Assembly: GCA_032128375.1 (NCBI GenBank)
Contig: JAQBGU010000003.1
Coordinates: 1 to 39,258, forward strand
Direction of reading: 5' to 3'
Origin: Deltaproteobacteria bacterium
Lineage (GTDB): Bacteria > Myxococcota_A > UBA9160 > SMWR01
DNA: 39,258 bases
This document shows positions 27,967 through 37,501 of the stretch, one piece after another. Numbering within the stretch: the first letter of the stretch is position 1; each line of letters opens with the position of its first letter. The translations under genes were made by a program, and so were the position numbers. The notes under the pieces were generated by a model that was not told the DNA's origin, ran no database searches, and worked only from the letters and a program-made list of their open reading frames with translations.

Positions 27967-30207
27967 ATGACACAGCTCTCCATCGGACTCGTCTACGACT
28001 TGCTCGGCTCTTACCCTCGGCAGCGGGCAGATCCTCCCGATGTCGATGCGGAATATGAGCCTGAGGAGACGGTTTGCGCACTCGAGGCCGCGATTCGATG
28101 GCTCGGCCACAAGCCGGTGCGAATCGGCAACCCGGATGCGCTGTTGGCCCGCATCGGCAAAGGCGATTTGCCCGCACTCGATGCTGCGCTGAACATTGCC
28201 GAAGGGCGCGGCGGACGGAACCGTGAGGCGTGGGCGCCGGTCCTGTTGGAGATGGCGGGCATTCCGACGCTCGGTTCCGATGCGCTGACTCTGTCGCTGA
28301 CGCTCGACAAGGCCTGGGCGTTGACGCTGGTCGCAGAGGCCGGCGTTCCGGTCCCAATGCGCTGCGTGCTCGAATCCTCGAACCAGGCAAAAAACGTTGT
28401 ACTACCGGGGCCGTTTCCGCTGTTTGTGAAACCGAGATGGGAAGGAACTGCCAAAGGCATCAGGCGGGCCTCGAAGGTCGCGGATCGCGACGAGCTGGCG
28501 CGTGAGGTCGGGCGTATTCGCGAAACCTACAACCAGCCTGCGCTGGTCGAAGAGTTTCTGCCGGGTGCCGAGTACACGGTAACCGTCGTTGGGAACGACC
28601 CACCGCGTGCGCTGCCGGTGATTCAGCGCGCGCTGGACGCGGCGACCGGAATCGGGATTCACGCGATCGACGCGGAAGCACCGCCCGAGGGATTCCGTGC
28701 GGTCGTGCCGGGCGAGCTGACTGCGACGCTCGAAGCCAGCCTTGCCGAGCTCGCGGTGCGCGCTTATTCAGCGCTGGATTGCGTGGACTTCGCGCGCGCT
28801 GACTTCAAGTTGGACCGCTGCGGTGAAGTGAGATTTCTCGAAATGAATCCGCTTCCGACCTTCGCACCCGACGGTACGTTCGGTGTCCTCGCCGAACTCG
28901 AGGGTCGCCCGCTCGAGGCACTGCTCGGCGAAGTCATTGCGGCGGCGCTGGTGCGTCTTGGACTTGAAGGGGAAGGATTTCACAGGGAAGGATTTGACGG
29001 GGAAGGATTTCACGAGAAAGGGTTTCACAGGGAAGGATTGCGCGGGAAGGGGTCGCGATGGGCAGGGCTTCGAGCTGAGCACGTCGCGGCGGACCCTGCG
29101 CCGGCAGCGGCTGCAATGAGTGCGGCCGGGACAGGCAGCGATGAACGCGACTGGGGTTGGCAGATGCGCAACCGCATCCGCACGGCGAACGATCTGGAGC
29201 GCTACGTCCGGACGACGCCCGATGAGCGGCACGCCATCGATGCGCTGGCCGACCGCTTCCATTTCGTGATCACGCCCTACTACGCATCGCTGATGGACCC
29301 GGACGACCCGGAATGCCCGATTCGCAAGCAAGTCGTGCCGCGCAGCGCGGAACTCGACGACCCGGTCGGGTGGGATCCACTCGATGAAGTCGAGCACTCG
29401 CCGGTCAAGAACGTGATTCGGGTCTACCCCGATCGCATTGCATTCTGTGTGAACAACGAATGCGCGCTGTACTGCCGCTTTTGCCTGCGCAAGCGCATGG
29501 TCGGCGAACCGGACTGGACGATGAAAAAGCGCGAGCTGAGCAGCGCGCTCGACTGGATCCGCAGAACACCGGAAATCCGCGATGTGTTGTTGACCGGCGG
29601 TGATCCGCTGGTGTTTTCGGACGACCGCCTCGAATGGTTGCTCAGCGAGCTGCGCGCGATTCCCCACGTCGAGATCATCCGGCTCGGCACGCGCTTGCCG
29701 GTCACGCTCCCCTACCGCGTAACAGATGAGTTGTGTCGCATGCTCGAACGCTTCCATCCGATCTGGGTCAACACCCACTTCAACCATCCCAAGGAACTCA
29801 CCGAACAGGCGGCAGAGGCCTGCGATCGCTTGACGCGAGCCGGTATCCCGGTCGGCAACCAGAGCGTGCTGATGCGCGGCATCAACGACAGCGTCGAGGT
29901 GATGAAGGAACTCTGCGAAGGACTCGTGCGATTGCGGGTCCGGCCGTATTACTGCTACCAGGCGCAGATGCTCGAGGGCACCGGCCATTTTCGCGTGCCG
30001 ATCGAACGCGGACTCGAGATCTTTCGCTCACTGCGCGGTCGTACCAGCGGTTTTGCGATCCCGCTGTTCGTGCTCGATACGCCGTACGGAAAGGTCCCTG
30101 TCACCTATCCTTACTATCGCGGCCGGGAGGGCGACGAGGTCGTCGTCGAGAGCTTCGACGGCAGAATCTGGCGCGAGCCCAACTCACTCGATGATGGCCC
30201 GTCGTGA
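27967..30207 (+). CDS. Fusion: D-Ala-D-Ala-ligase-like ATP-grasp domain + KamA-family (lysine 2,3-aminomutase-like) radical SAM domain
   Basis: One uninterrupted frame. N-half has NIAEG..GRNRE, GSD..TL.LTLDK, VKP.WEG.AKGI, EEFLPG.EYTV and FLEMNPLP. C-half has W.WQ..N.I, ITPYY, CALYCRFC, LTGGDPL, RLGTR.PV, THFNHPKE, NQSVL..GIND and PYGKVP. Confidence 0.88.
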   Translation: MTQLSIGLVYDLLGSYPRQRADPPDVDAEYEPEETVCALEAAIRWLGHKPVRIGNPDALLARIGKGDLPALDAALNIAEGRGGRNREAWAPVLLEMAGIPTLGSDALTLSLTLDKAWALTLVAEAGVPVPMRCVLESSNQAKNVVLPGPFPLFVKPRWEGTAKGIRRASKVADRDELAREVGRIRETYNQPALVEEFLPGAEYTVTVVGNDPPRALPVIQRALDAATGIGIHAIDAEAPPEGFRAVVPGELTATLEASLAELAVRAYSALDCVDFARADFKLDRCGEVRFLEMNPLPTFAPDGTFGVLAELEGRPLEALLGEVIAAALVRLGLEGEGFHREGFDGEGFHEKGFHREGLRGKGSRWAGLRAEHVAADPAPAAAAMSAAGTGSDERDWGWQMRNRIRTANDLERYVRTTPDERHAIDALADRFHFVITPYYASLMDPDDPECPIRKQVVPRSAELDDPVGWDPLDEVEHSPVKNVIRVYPDRIAFCVNNECALYCRFCLRKRMVGEPDWTMKKRELSSALDWIRRTPEIRDVLLTGGDPLVFSDDRLEWLLSELRAIPHVEIIRLGTRLPVTLPYRVTDELCRMLERFHPIWVNTHFNHPKELTEQAAEACDRLTRAGIPVGNQSVLMRGINDSVEVMKELCEGLVRLRVRPYYCYQAQMLEGTGHFRVPIERGLEIFRSLRGRTSGFAIPLFVLDTPYGKVPVTYPYYRGREGDEVVVESFDGRIWREPNSLDDGPS
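28966..29070 (+). repeat. In-frame 15-bp purine-rich repeat (xxEGF) x5-7 in the fusion linker
   Basis: gaaggggaaggattt cacagggaaggattt gacggggaaggattt cacgagaaagggttt cacagggaaggattg, then two degenerate units. Confidence 0.88.
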
Positions 30208-31760
30208 GCGATGCATCGGAGCAAGAGCGATCGACCGGTCTTGCCGCCGCCGCGGTGCTGCTGGCGCTCAGTGCGGCGCTGTCTCGGTTACTCGGCTTGG
30301 TTCGCGAGCGAGTCATCGCACACCAAATCGGTGCCACCCAGCAGGCCGACGCTTATGGCGCGGCGTTCCTGATCCCCGACATCCTGAACTATTTCCTGGC
30401 TGGGGGCGCGCTGGCAATCGCGTTCATTCCGCTTTACTCGAGCGTGCGTGCGCGGTCCGGCGACGCGGCCGCCGGGGCTTTGTTCGCCAGCGTATTCGGG
30501 ACGATGAGTGCTGGCGCTGTGGTTGCGACCGCGATCCTCTGGTGGCAGGCGGAGCCGTTGGTGGGGGTTTTCTTCGCAGGTTTCGACCCCGACACACAGC
30601 TGATGACGGTGCGGCTGGTGCGGATCCTGCTCCCCGCGCAGATCTTCTTCGTAGCAGGGGGGATCTTGCGCGCGGTCTTGATGGCACGAGGCCGGTTCGC
30701 GAGCCAGGCGCTCGGACCGCTGATCTACAACGTCGGGATCATCTTGGCGGGGGGCATGTGGGGATCCCGCTTTGGCGCCGAGGCGTTTGCATGGGGTGCA
30801 TTGGCGGGCGCGGCGGTGGGTCCATTCGCGATTCCGATGCTCGAGGTCTGGCGCGACCCAGAGCTGCGCCCGCGCGTTCGCATCGCGCCGCTCGACCCCA
30901 TGCTGCTGCGTTACTTGGCGATGGCTGCACCCATCATGCTCGGCGTCAGCCTACTCACGGTAGACGAGTGGTACGACAAGTATTTCGGCGCCGGCCTCGC
31001 GGAGGGAACGGTCGCATACCTCGGCTACGGACGCAGGTTGGCCCAGGTACCCGTGGGTGTGATCGGGCAGGCCGTTGCGACGGCGGCCCTTCCCACGCTG
31101 TCGCGGCTGTGGGCGGCCGGCGATCGCGAGCAGCTCGATCGGATCTTGTCGACGACGCTTCGCACTGGCTTGGGGCTCGGGGTTCTGTGTGCGGCCGGAT
31201 TGTTTGCGTTTGCGCACCCGGTCGTCGTAGTGATCATGGAGACGGGTCGATTCGGCGCCGCCGACAGTGACCGGGTAGCGGGGCTGGTGGCGATCTTTGC
31301 GGTAGCTGTCCCCGCGTGGATCGTGCAACAGATTGCGGTGCGCGCCTTCTATGCGCGAGGTCAGATGTGGTTCCCGATGTTTCTGGGGACCGGGATCGCG
31401 CTGGCGTTCATTCCGCTGTATGTGGTGCTCGGGACCGACGCTGAGGGGCTCGCTAGCGCAGGCGCGATCGGTATGACGACGAGTGCACTGGCCACGCTGG
31501 GGTTGGCGCGCGTGCGTCACGGTGGGCCGCCGCTCGAGCCGATCGCTTCGAGTGCTGCGAGATCACTGCTCATCGCGGGTGTTGCGGCGGCGGTCGGCGC
31601 ATGGGCGGGTGGATGGTTCGAAAGCGCACTGGCGACGCTGGCATCCGGTGGCGCGGTCTTCGCGCTGGTGTGCGCGCTCGGGGTGTGGTCGATCGGCGAC
31701 GGGCCGTTGCGCGAAGCATTGTTGCGAGCGGCAAAGCGCGTCACCGGGCGCTCCGGATGA
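30204..31760 (+). CDS. murJ: Lipid II flippase MurJ (MviN)
   Basis: [18 protein letters not shown]..., GAL..AFIP, RRL.Q.P.GV.G and RAFYA; GTGA overlap with the upstream fusion. Confidence 0.9.
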   Translation: MSDASEQERSTGLAAAAVLLALSAALSRLLGLVRERVIAHQIGATQQADAYGAAFLIPDILNYFLAGGALAIAFIPLYSSVRARSGDAAAGALFASVFGTMSAGAVVATAILWWQAEPLVGVFFAGFDPDTQLMTVRLVRILLPAQIFFVAGGILRAVLMARGRFASQALGPLIYNVGIILAGGMWGSRFGAEAFAWGALAGAAVGPFAIPMLEVWRDPELRPRVRIAPLDPMLLRYLAMAAPIMLGVSLLTVDEWYDKYFGAGLAEGTVAYLGYGRRLAQVPVGVIGQAVATAALPTLSRLWAAGDREQLDRILSTTLRTGLGLGVLCAAGLFAFAHPVVVVIMETGRFGAADSDRVAGLVAIFAVAVPAWIVQQIAVRAFYARGQMWFPMFLGTGIALAFIPLYVVLGTDAEGLASAGAIGMTTSALATLGLARVRHGGPPLEPIASSAARSLLIAGVAAAVGAWAGGWFESALATLASGGAVFALVCALGVWSIGDGPLREALLRAAKRVTGRSG

Positions 31761-31767
31761 ACCCCCG

Positions 31768-34700
31768 ATGAGCTGGGAGTTCTGGATCGATCGGGGCGGG
31801 ACGTTTACGGACTGCATCGGGCGCGACCCCGATGGCGCTCTGCATGTGTGCAAGCTGCTGTCTTCGGACACGGCGCCGGTCGAGGGAATTCGCGCGATTT
31901 TGCGGAGGGCAGGCGTACTCGAACCGGACGCAGCGGTTGCTCCCTGCCGCGTGCGCCTGGGAACGACCGTGGCGACCAACGCGCTGCTGGAGCGGCGCGG
32001 GGCGCCTACGCTGCTCGTTGCGAGCGAGGGGCTCGGCGATGTGCTCGAGATCGGCACCCAACAGCGACCCGAGTTGTTCGCGCTCGCGATCGCGAAGCCG
32101 GCACCGCTACACCGCCAAGTGATCGAGGTCGCGGGTCGCGTCGACGTTGCCGGCGAGCGCCGAACGCCGTTCGACGCCGCTGCAACGCGGGAGGCGCTGG
32201 TTGGCGCGAAACGGGACGGCATCGATTCGGTCGCGGTGAATCTGATCCACGCATACGCGTTTGCGGACGACGAGATCGCGATTCGCAAAATTGCCGATGC
32301 ACTCGGCTTTGGTTACGTGAGTCTCTCGCATCAGGTGGCGCGTGAGATGGGGTTTTTGGCAAGAGGTGAGACAACATGTGTTGACGCCTACTTGACGCCA
32401 CTTTTGAGAATTCACGTGAAGGAATTGAGCGCAGCGCTGCCCGGCTCCGATCTGCGCTTCATGCAGTCTTCTGGCGGGCTGACCGACGCCGCACGCTTCA
32501 AGGGTCCCACAGCACTGCTTTCCGGGCCGGCCGGCGGGGTCGTGGGGGCGGCCAAGGTGGCGGCAGCCGCGGGTTTCGACCGCGCGATCGGCTTCGATAT
32601 GGGAGGGACGTCGACTGACGTTTCGCTGTTGCGCCGTGGCCAGCTCGAACGCTCGTTCGAAACACTGATCGGTGGCGTGCGGGTCAAGGCTCCGATGCTG
32701 CGTGTGCACACGGTGGCGGCCGGAGGCGGATCGCTGTGTCGCTTCGATGGAATCCGGTTGCTGGTGGGGCCACACAGCGCGTCGGCCCGGCCCGGTCCGC
32801 TGTGTTATGGCCAACCCGACGCGCGCGAACTGACGCTGACCGACTGCAACTTCGCGCTGGGACGGATCCAGCCCGATCGATTTCCGTTCCCGTTGGTTTC
32901 AGAGCCAGTCGAAGCGGCGCTATCGACGATGGTCGCGAAGTTGGCGGCTGAAGGTCACGAACTCGACCGCGATGCTGTGGCGGCCGGTTTTTTGGAAGTG
33001 GCCAATGCCTGTATGGCGGACGCGATCGCCGAGGTGTCCGTTGTTCGCGGCGTGGATCCGAGGGACTGCGCGCTGGTCGGGTTCGGCGGCGCGTCGGGCC
33101 AGCACGTGTGCGCGATCGCCCGGTCGCTCGGAATTCGCACCGTGCTGTTGCACCCCTTTGCCGGGATCTTGTCCGCGTACGGAATCGGCATGGCGGACGT
33201 GAGCTGGGATGGGCAGCGCGATGCGGGGCGCGTCTTGCTCGGTTCGATCGCCGCTGCTGCAACCACATCGCTTCCCGCATCCGTTGCCGATCGACTCGAC
33301 GAACTCGAGCGACAGGGCCGCGCCGCCATCGCCGCCGAGGCGCCGGACGCCGAAGCACCGCTCCGTATCGAACGGCTCCTCGATCTGCGCTACCGGGGTA
33401 CCGAGACGCCATTGAGTGTCGCGGAGCCCGACACCGGCAATTTCCAAGCGGCCTTCGAGGCCGATCACCAGACGCGTTTCGGCTACACGCGCCCGGGCCG
33501 ACCGGTGGAAATCGTGACGGCGCGAGTGAGGGTCACGGTCTCGCGAGAAGCCTCGAGCGGTTCCTCGAAAGAGCCCTCGAGCGGGTCCTCGAAAGAGCCG
33601 ACGAGCGGGTCCTCGAAAGAGCCCTCGAGCATCCCCTCGAAAGAGCCGTCGAGCATCCCCTCGAAAGAGCAGGTCGAGTCGCCTCGGAAACCAGACCCGT
33701 TCGCGGTTGTGCCGGAAGCGCTGCGCGTACAAAGGGTCTGGTTCCCAGGACTCGGCCGAATCGCCGTACCCGTGTACGACCGCAGCGCACTCGAGCCCGG
33801 CTGCGAATTTCGCGGGCCCGCCGTGGTGCTCGAAGACACTGGGACGTTGATTCTCGATCCGGGCTTCAGCGCCCATCTCGGCGCCGAACAGATTCTGGTT
33901 CTGACCGACGAAACCGGCGCTCGCCGCGCAGAAGTCATCGACTACTCGCGCGCTGACCCCATCCGGCTCGAGGTCTTCGGCAACCGGTTCATGTCGATCG
34001 CCGAACAGATGGGCGGCGTGCTGCGCAATACCTCCGTATCGACCAACATCAAAGAGCGACTCGACTATTCGTGTGCGGTGTTCGACGCGAGCGGTGGCCT
34101 GGTCGCCAACGCGCCACACATTCCTGTGCATCTCGGCGCGATGGCGGAGACCGTTCGCCATGTCCGATTGCGGTTTCCCGGACTGGGTCCCGGTGATGTC
34201 GTCGTCACCAACGATCCGGCGGCCGGTGGTTCGCACCTTCCCGACGTAACGGCCGTCACACCCGTCTTTGCAAAAGATTCCTTCGAGAATTCCTTTCCGG
34301 GTCATGACGACGGCTCGGCCCCGGACTCTGACAGCCACCCCGCGCCAGCCTTCTTCGTTGCGAGCCGCGGTCACCACGCCGATATCGGGGGAGTGACGCC
34401 GGGTTCGATGCCGCCGGATTCTCATTCATTGGAAGAAGAAGGCGTTGTGCTCGAAGCTTTTCTCGCGGTTCGCGCCGGGCGCTTCGACGAACAGCATCTG
34501 CGCGAGCGGCTGACGGGCGCGCGCTACCCGGCGCGAAATCCAGACGACAATCTGGCGGAGATCGAGGCGATGGTTGCCGCGAACCGCTGCGGAGAGCGGC
34601 TGCTCGAGGAGATGATGGCCGAGCACGGTCGCCCGGCGATCGAGATGACGATGGCGCAACTCCAGCGCGCTGCGGCGCAGAAGGTGGGCCGAGAAATTGG

Positions 34701-35637
34701 ACGCCTGCCCGACGGCCGCTTCGAGTTCGCCGACCAGATGGACGATGGCACACCGGTCTGCGTGGCGCTGACGATTGCTGGGCAGCGCATGCTGATCGAT
34801 TTCTCCGGCACCGGTGCGGCGAGCCGCGGCAACCTCAATGCGCCCGGCGCGGTCGTGCAGGCCGCAGTGATCTACGTTCTGCGCGCGCTGGTAGCAGAAC
34901 GTATCCCGCTCAACGGCGGCTGCTTGGAGCCGGTCGAGATTCGGATCCCACCAGGCTCGCTGCTCGACCCGCCGGCGGGTTCCGCGGTGGTAGGTGGCAA
35001 CGTCGAAACATCGCAACGCATCGTGGACGTACTGCTCGGAGCGCTTGGGCGGGTAGCGGCGAGCCAGGGAACCATGAACAACGTGGCGTTTGGCGACGAG
35101 ACTTTCGGCTATTACGAAACGATCGGAGGTGGGGCTGGCGCGGGCGACGGCTTTGCCGGCGCGTCGGGCGTCCACACCCACATGACCAATACCCGGATCA
35201 CCGACGCGGAAGTGCTGGAGGCCAGGCATCCGGTGCTGCTGCGCGAGTTCCGGCTGAGGCGCGGGTCGGGCGGAAACGGACACTGGCCGGGCGGAGACGG
35301 GTTGGTTCGCGAGTACGAATTCCGCGCGCCAGTCACTGTCTCGTTGCTGACCGAGCGGCGAACCACGCAACCCTACGGGCAGCGAGGGGGCGAGCCGGGA
35401 ATGTCGGGCCGTAACAGCGCGATTCGAACCGACGAAACGGTTACACCGCTTCCCGGCAAGGCACGGATTGAAATGGCGAGCGGCGAGCGCCTGCGAGTCG
35501 AGACGCCCGGAGGCGGCGGCTTCGGCGAAGTGGATCGGTCCCCAGCGGAGCGCGCAGGTTCGCAGGTGTCGACACGGACGGGTCGCCGCACTGCGCTCGG
35601 CGAGGGTTGCGAGACGCGACCGCGCTCCGTACTGTGA
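31768..35637 (+). CDS. ATP-dependent 5-oxoprolinase / hydantoinase A-B fusion
   Basis: [68 protein letters not shown] and TPGGGG. Start ATG 31768. Confidence 0.93.
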   Translation: MSWEFWIDRGGTFTDCIGRDPDGALHVCKLLSSDTAPVEGIRAILRRAGVLEPDAAVAPCRVRLGTTVATNALLERRGAPTLLVASEGLGDVLEIGTQQRPELFALAIAKPAPLHRQVIEVAGRVDVAGERRTPFDAAATREALVGAKRDGIDSVAVNLIHAYAFADDEIAIRKIADALGFGYVSLSHQVAREMGFLARGETTCVDAYLTPLLRIHVKELSAALPGSDLRFMQSSGGLTDAARFKGPTALLSGPAGGVVGAAKVAAAAGFDRAIGFDMGGTSTDVSLLRRGQLERSFETLIGGVRVKAPMLRVHTVAAGGGSLCRFDGIRLLVGPHSASARPGPLCYGQPDARELTLTDCNFALGRIQPDRFPFPLVSEPVEAALSTMVAKLAAEGHELDRDAVAAGFLEVANACMADAIAEVSVVRGVDPRDCALVGFGGASGQHVCAIARSLGIRTVLLHPFAGILSAYGIGMADVSWDGQRDAGRVLLGSIAAAATTSLPASVADRLDELERQGRAAIAAEAPDAEAPLRIERLLDLRYRGTETPLSVAEPDTGNFQAAFEADHQTRFGYTRPGRPVEIVTARVRVTVSREASSGSSKEPSSGSSKEPTSGSSKEPSSIPSKEPSSIPSKEQVESPRKPDPFAVVPEALRVQRVWFPGLGRIAVPVYDRSALEPGCEFRGPAVVLEDTGTLILDPGFSAHLGAEQILVLTDETGARRAEVIDYSRADPIRLEVFGNRFMSIAEQMGGVLRNTSVSTNIKERLDYSCAVFDASGGLVANAPHIPVHLGAMAETVRHVRLRFPGLGPGDVVVTNDPAAGGSHLPDVTAVTPVFAKDSFENSFPGHDDGSAPDSDSHPAPAFFVASRGHHADIGGVTPGSMPPDSHSLEEEGVVLEAFLAVRAGRFDEQHLRERLTGARYPARNPDDNLAEIEAMVAANRCGERLLEEMMAEHGRPAIEMTMAQLQRAAAQKVGREIGRLPDGRFEFADQMDDGTPVCVALTIAGQRMLIDFSGTGAASRGNLNAPGAVVQAAVIYVLRALVAERIPLNGGCLEPVEIRIPPGSLLDPPAGSAVVGGNVETSQRIVDVLLGALGRVAASQGTMNNVAFGDETFGYYETIGGGAGAGDGFAGASGVHTHMTNTRITDAEVLEARHPVLLREFRLRRGSGGNGHWPGGDGLVREYEFRAPVTVSLLTERRTTQPYGQRGGEPGMSGRNSAIRTDETVTPLPGKARIEMASGERLRVETPGGGGFGEVDRSPAERAGSQVSTRTGRRTALGEGCETRPRSVL
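33551..33670 (+). repeat. 24-bp in-frame repeat x5 ([16 protein letters not shown]) inside the oxoprolinase
   Basis: Units start at 33551, 33575, 33599, 33623 and 33647, all ending cctcgaaagagc. Confidence 0.92.
35607..35635 (+). promoter_or_regulatory. Putative sigma70 promoter for tRNA-Lys
   Basis: TTGCGA-N17-TACTGT ending 11 nt before the tRNA. Confidence 0.45.
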
Positions 35638-35646
35638 CGCGACGGT

Positions 35647-35722
35647 GGGCGCGTAGCTCAATTGGCAGAGCAAGAGACTCTTAATCTCTAGGTTGAAGGT
35701 TCGATTCCTTCCGCGCTCACCA
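35647..35722 (+). tRNA. tRNA-Lys (anticodon CTT)
   Basis: GGGCGCG/CGCGCTC acceptor stem, anticodon stem AGAGA/TCTCT with loop CTCTTAA, GGTTCGATTCC T-arm, encoded CCA; 76 nt. Confidence 0.96.
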
Positions 35723-35724
35723 CT

Positions 35725-35784
35725 GTAGTTCGGCGTAGTTCGGCGTAGTTCGGCGCAGTTCGGCGTAGGTCGGCGTAGGTCGGC
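35725..35784. repeat. 10-bp tandem repeat gtagttcggc x6 directly after tRNA-Lys
   Basis: Three copies of gtagttcggc, one gcagttcggc and two gtaggtcggc. Confidence 0.92.
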
Positions 35785-36080
35785 GCGTATTCGCGAGTCG
35801 ACGCCTGTTCGGTGGCTTTCTTGCGGCGCCGGCGGAGTGATCGCGGCGTGCGGCCGCGAGAACTCTCTGGTTCGAAATCGGCGGGGGCGGCGTCGACCAC
35901 TCGCCGTGCGAACCCGAATCGATCGGAACGTCCATCTCTGCTTGCATGCCAAAGGAAGGCGAATTGCAGTTGAACGAGTCGTACACCGCGCTCGATACTC
36001 TCGAATAGGTTTGCACTGTTCTGCGCCGAAGCGGTGGCGCGCATGTGCTTACGCTCGGTTTTTTGCGAAGATGATTCCGC

Positions 36081-37307
36081 ATGCGCCGAACCGATCGGTT
36101 CAGACCTTCGCGCCACCAGACGGCACTGCTCGGGGCACTTCTCGTTGCAACGGCGCTCGGCGCCTGCAAGCACGACGTCTACCCGGACTTCAATCCGCCC
36201 ATCGTCTGTTCGACCCGAGCGGCCATCGAACGGTCCGTCTTCTTCATCGGCGACGCGGGTGCGCCGGAGCTACCCGACACCCCGCCGGGGTCTGCCGACA
36301 CCCTCGTCGACCCGGTGCTGACCGCACTGCGGCGCGACGTGGCGGAGCGGGTCGCCGAGCTGGGTGCGGAGCGCACGGCCGTCGTCGTACTGGGTGACCA
36401 TATCTACCCGGCGGGCATCGGGCTTCCGGGCGAGCCGGGTCGCGCACAGGGTGTTCGCGTGCTCGAGGCGCAGATCGCGGCCATCGGCGAGGCGCAGGGC
36501 CTGTTCACGCTGGGAAACCACGACTGGGACCAGGGAAGCTCGGGGCGAGGCTGGGAGGTCGCGAACGCCCAGGTGGCGTTCCTGGGTTCGCGCGCGTCCA
36601 ACATCTCGGTCCACCCGTCGGACACCTGTGCGGGCCCCGAAGTGGTCGACTTCGGCGAGTCGCTTCGCTTCGTGTTCATCGACCTCTGGGCAGCTGTCTA
36701 CCAGACCGACAATCCGGACAGTCAAACGCAGTCTCACTGTCGTCTGGAAGCCGGCGAGGGGAGGATCGCCAAGAAGGTCGTTGATATTTTCGCAGACTCT
36801 GCGGACCGCAAGCTGACCCTCGTGACTCACGCGCCGATGATGACGAGCGGTCCTCATGGCGGCTATTTCCCGTGGCGCGAGCACGTCTTTCCGCTGCGCG
36901 TCTTCCACCGCGATCTGTGGATCCCCTTGCCCGCGATCGGCTCGATCTTTCCGCTGGCGCGAATATTGGGAGTCACTGACACGGAAATGATGAGCGCGAC
37001 CTACCAGGCGTACATCGACAGCGCGAAGGCGATCTTTCGGCCCGGCATGCCGGCACTTGTCGCTGCAGGCCACGAGCACAGCCTACAGCTGCACGTCGAC
37101 CCCACGGGCGTGATGCACGCTGTGAGCGGGGCGGGCAGCGCGAGCAGGGTCGACTTCGTCCGCCAGATGAACTCGGACTTGATGTCGCTGGCAAGGCCGG
37201 GCTACATGCGCCTCGACAGCTACGTGGACGATAAACTGCGGCTCGATGTCCTGGCGCTCGACGACGACATGCAGCGCAGGTTCGTGTACAGCACCTGCAT
37301 TCCGTAG
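36081..37307 (+). CDS. Calcineurin-like metallophosphoesterase lipoprotein
   Basis: Lipobox LGAC; GDAG, GDHIYP, GNHDW, THAP and GHEH motifs. Confidence 0.85.
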   Translation: MRRTDRFRPSRHQTALLGALLVATALGACKHDVYPDFNPPIVCSTRAAIERSVFFIGDAGAPELPDTPPGSADTLVDPVLTALRRDVAERVAELGAERTAVVVLGDHIYPAGIGLPGEPGRAQGVRVLEAQIAAIGEAQGLFTLGNHDWDQGSSGRGWEVANAQVAFLGSRASNISVHPSDTCAGPEVVDFGESLRFVFIDLWAAVYQTDNPDSQTQSHCRLEAGEGRIAKKVVDIFADSADRKLTLVTHAPMMTSGPHGGYFPWREHVFPLRVFHRDLWIPLPAIGSIFPLARILGVTDTEMMSATYQAYIDSAKAIFRPGMPALVAAGHEHSLQLHVDPTGVMHAVSGAGSASRVDFVRQMNSDLMSLARPGYMRLDSYVDDKLRLDVLALDDDMQRRFVYSTCIP

Positions 37308-37373
37308 CGCGGATGGCTGGGTCACAGGCCGCACCCAGCTCAGCGCCAGAAGCCGATTGTCGTTGACGCTCCG

Positions 37374-37402
37374 TTGACGCTCCATAGGCTGACCTCTACG
37401 CT
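37374..37402 (+). promoter_or_regulatory. Putative sigma70 promoter for tRNA-Leu
   Basis: TTGACG-N17-TACGCT. The -35 box lies in an 11-bp duplication (cgttgacgctc x2), which creates a second TTGACG-N16-TAGGCT. Confidence 0.6.
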
Positions 37403-37414
37403 GGCCGCTGAGTG

Positions 37415-37501
37415 GCCGGGGTGGCGGAACTGGTAGACGCGGTGGCCTTAGGAGCCACAGTCCGAAAGGTCGTGCAGGTTCGAGTCCTGTCCCCGGCACC
37501 A
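37415..37501 (+). tRNA. tRNA-Leu (anticodon TAG)
   Basis: GCCGGGG/CCCCGGC acceptor stem, GTGGC-CTTAGGA-GCCAC anticodon arm, long variable arm, GGTTCGAGTCC, CCA end. Confidence 0.96.

Noticed and set aside
27406..28965. Classical van glycopeptide-resistance cluster
   Set aside because: No vanH, vanX, vanR or vanS, and the ligase lacks VanA/Ddl signature motifs; VanZ-like genes are widespread.
29116..30207. Calling the radical SAM domain EpmB (EF-P modification)
   Set aside because: No efp or epmA nearby, it is fused to an ATP-grasp domain, and its motifs are closer to KamA.
35637..35722. tRNA-Lys as a functional member of the aminomutase operon
   Set aside because: It lies only 9 nt after the oxoprolinase stop, but a plausible promoter of its own (TTGCGA-N17-TACTGT) sits inside the non-conserved oxoprolinase tail, so the adjacency may be coincidental.
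35725..35784. Tandem arrays (also 8313 and 33551) as CRISPR arrays
   Set aside because: Units are contiguous with no unique spacers, and there are no cas genes.
35688..36173. Minus-strand ORFs crossing tRNA-Lys (and 37396..37758 crossing tRNA-Leu)
   Set aside because: They overlap tRNA genes and repeats and show no recognisable motifs.
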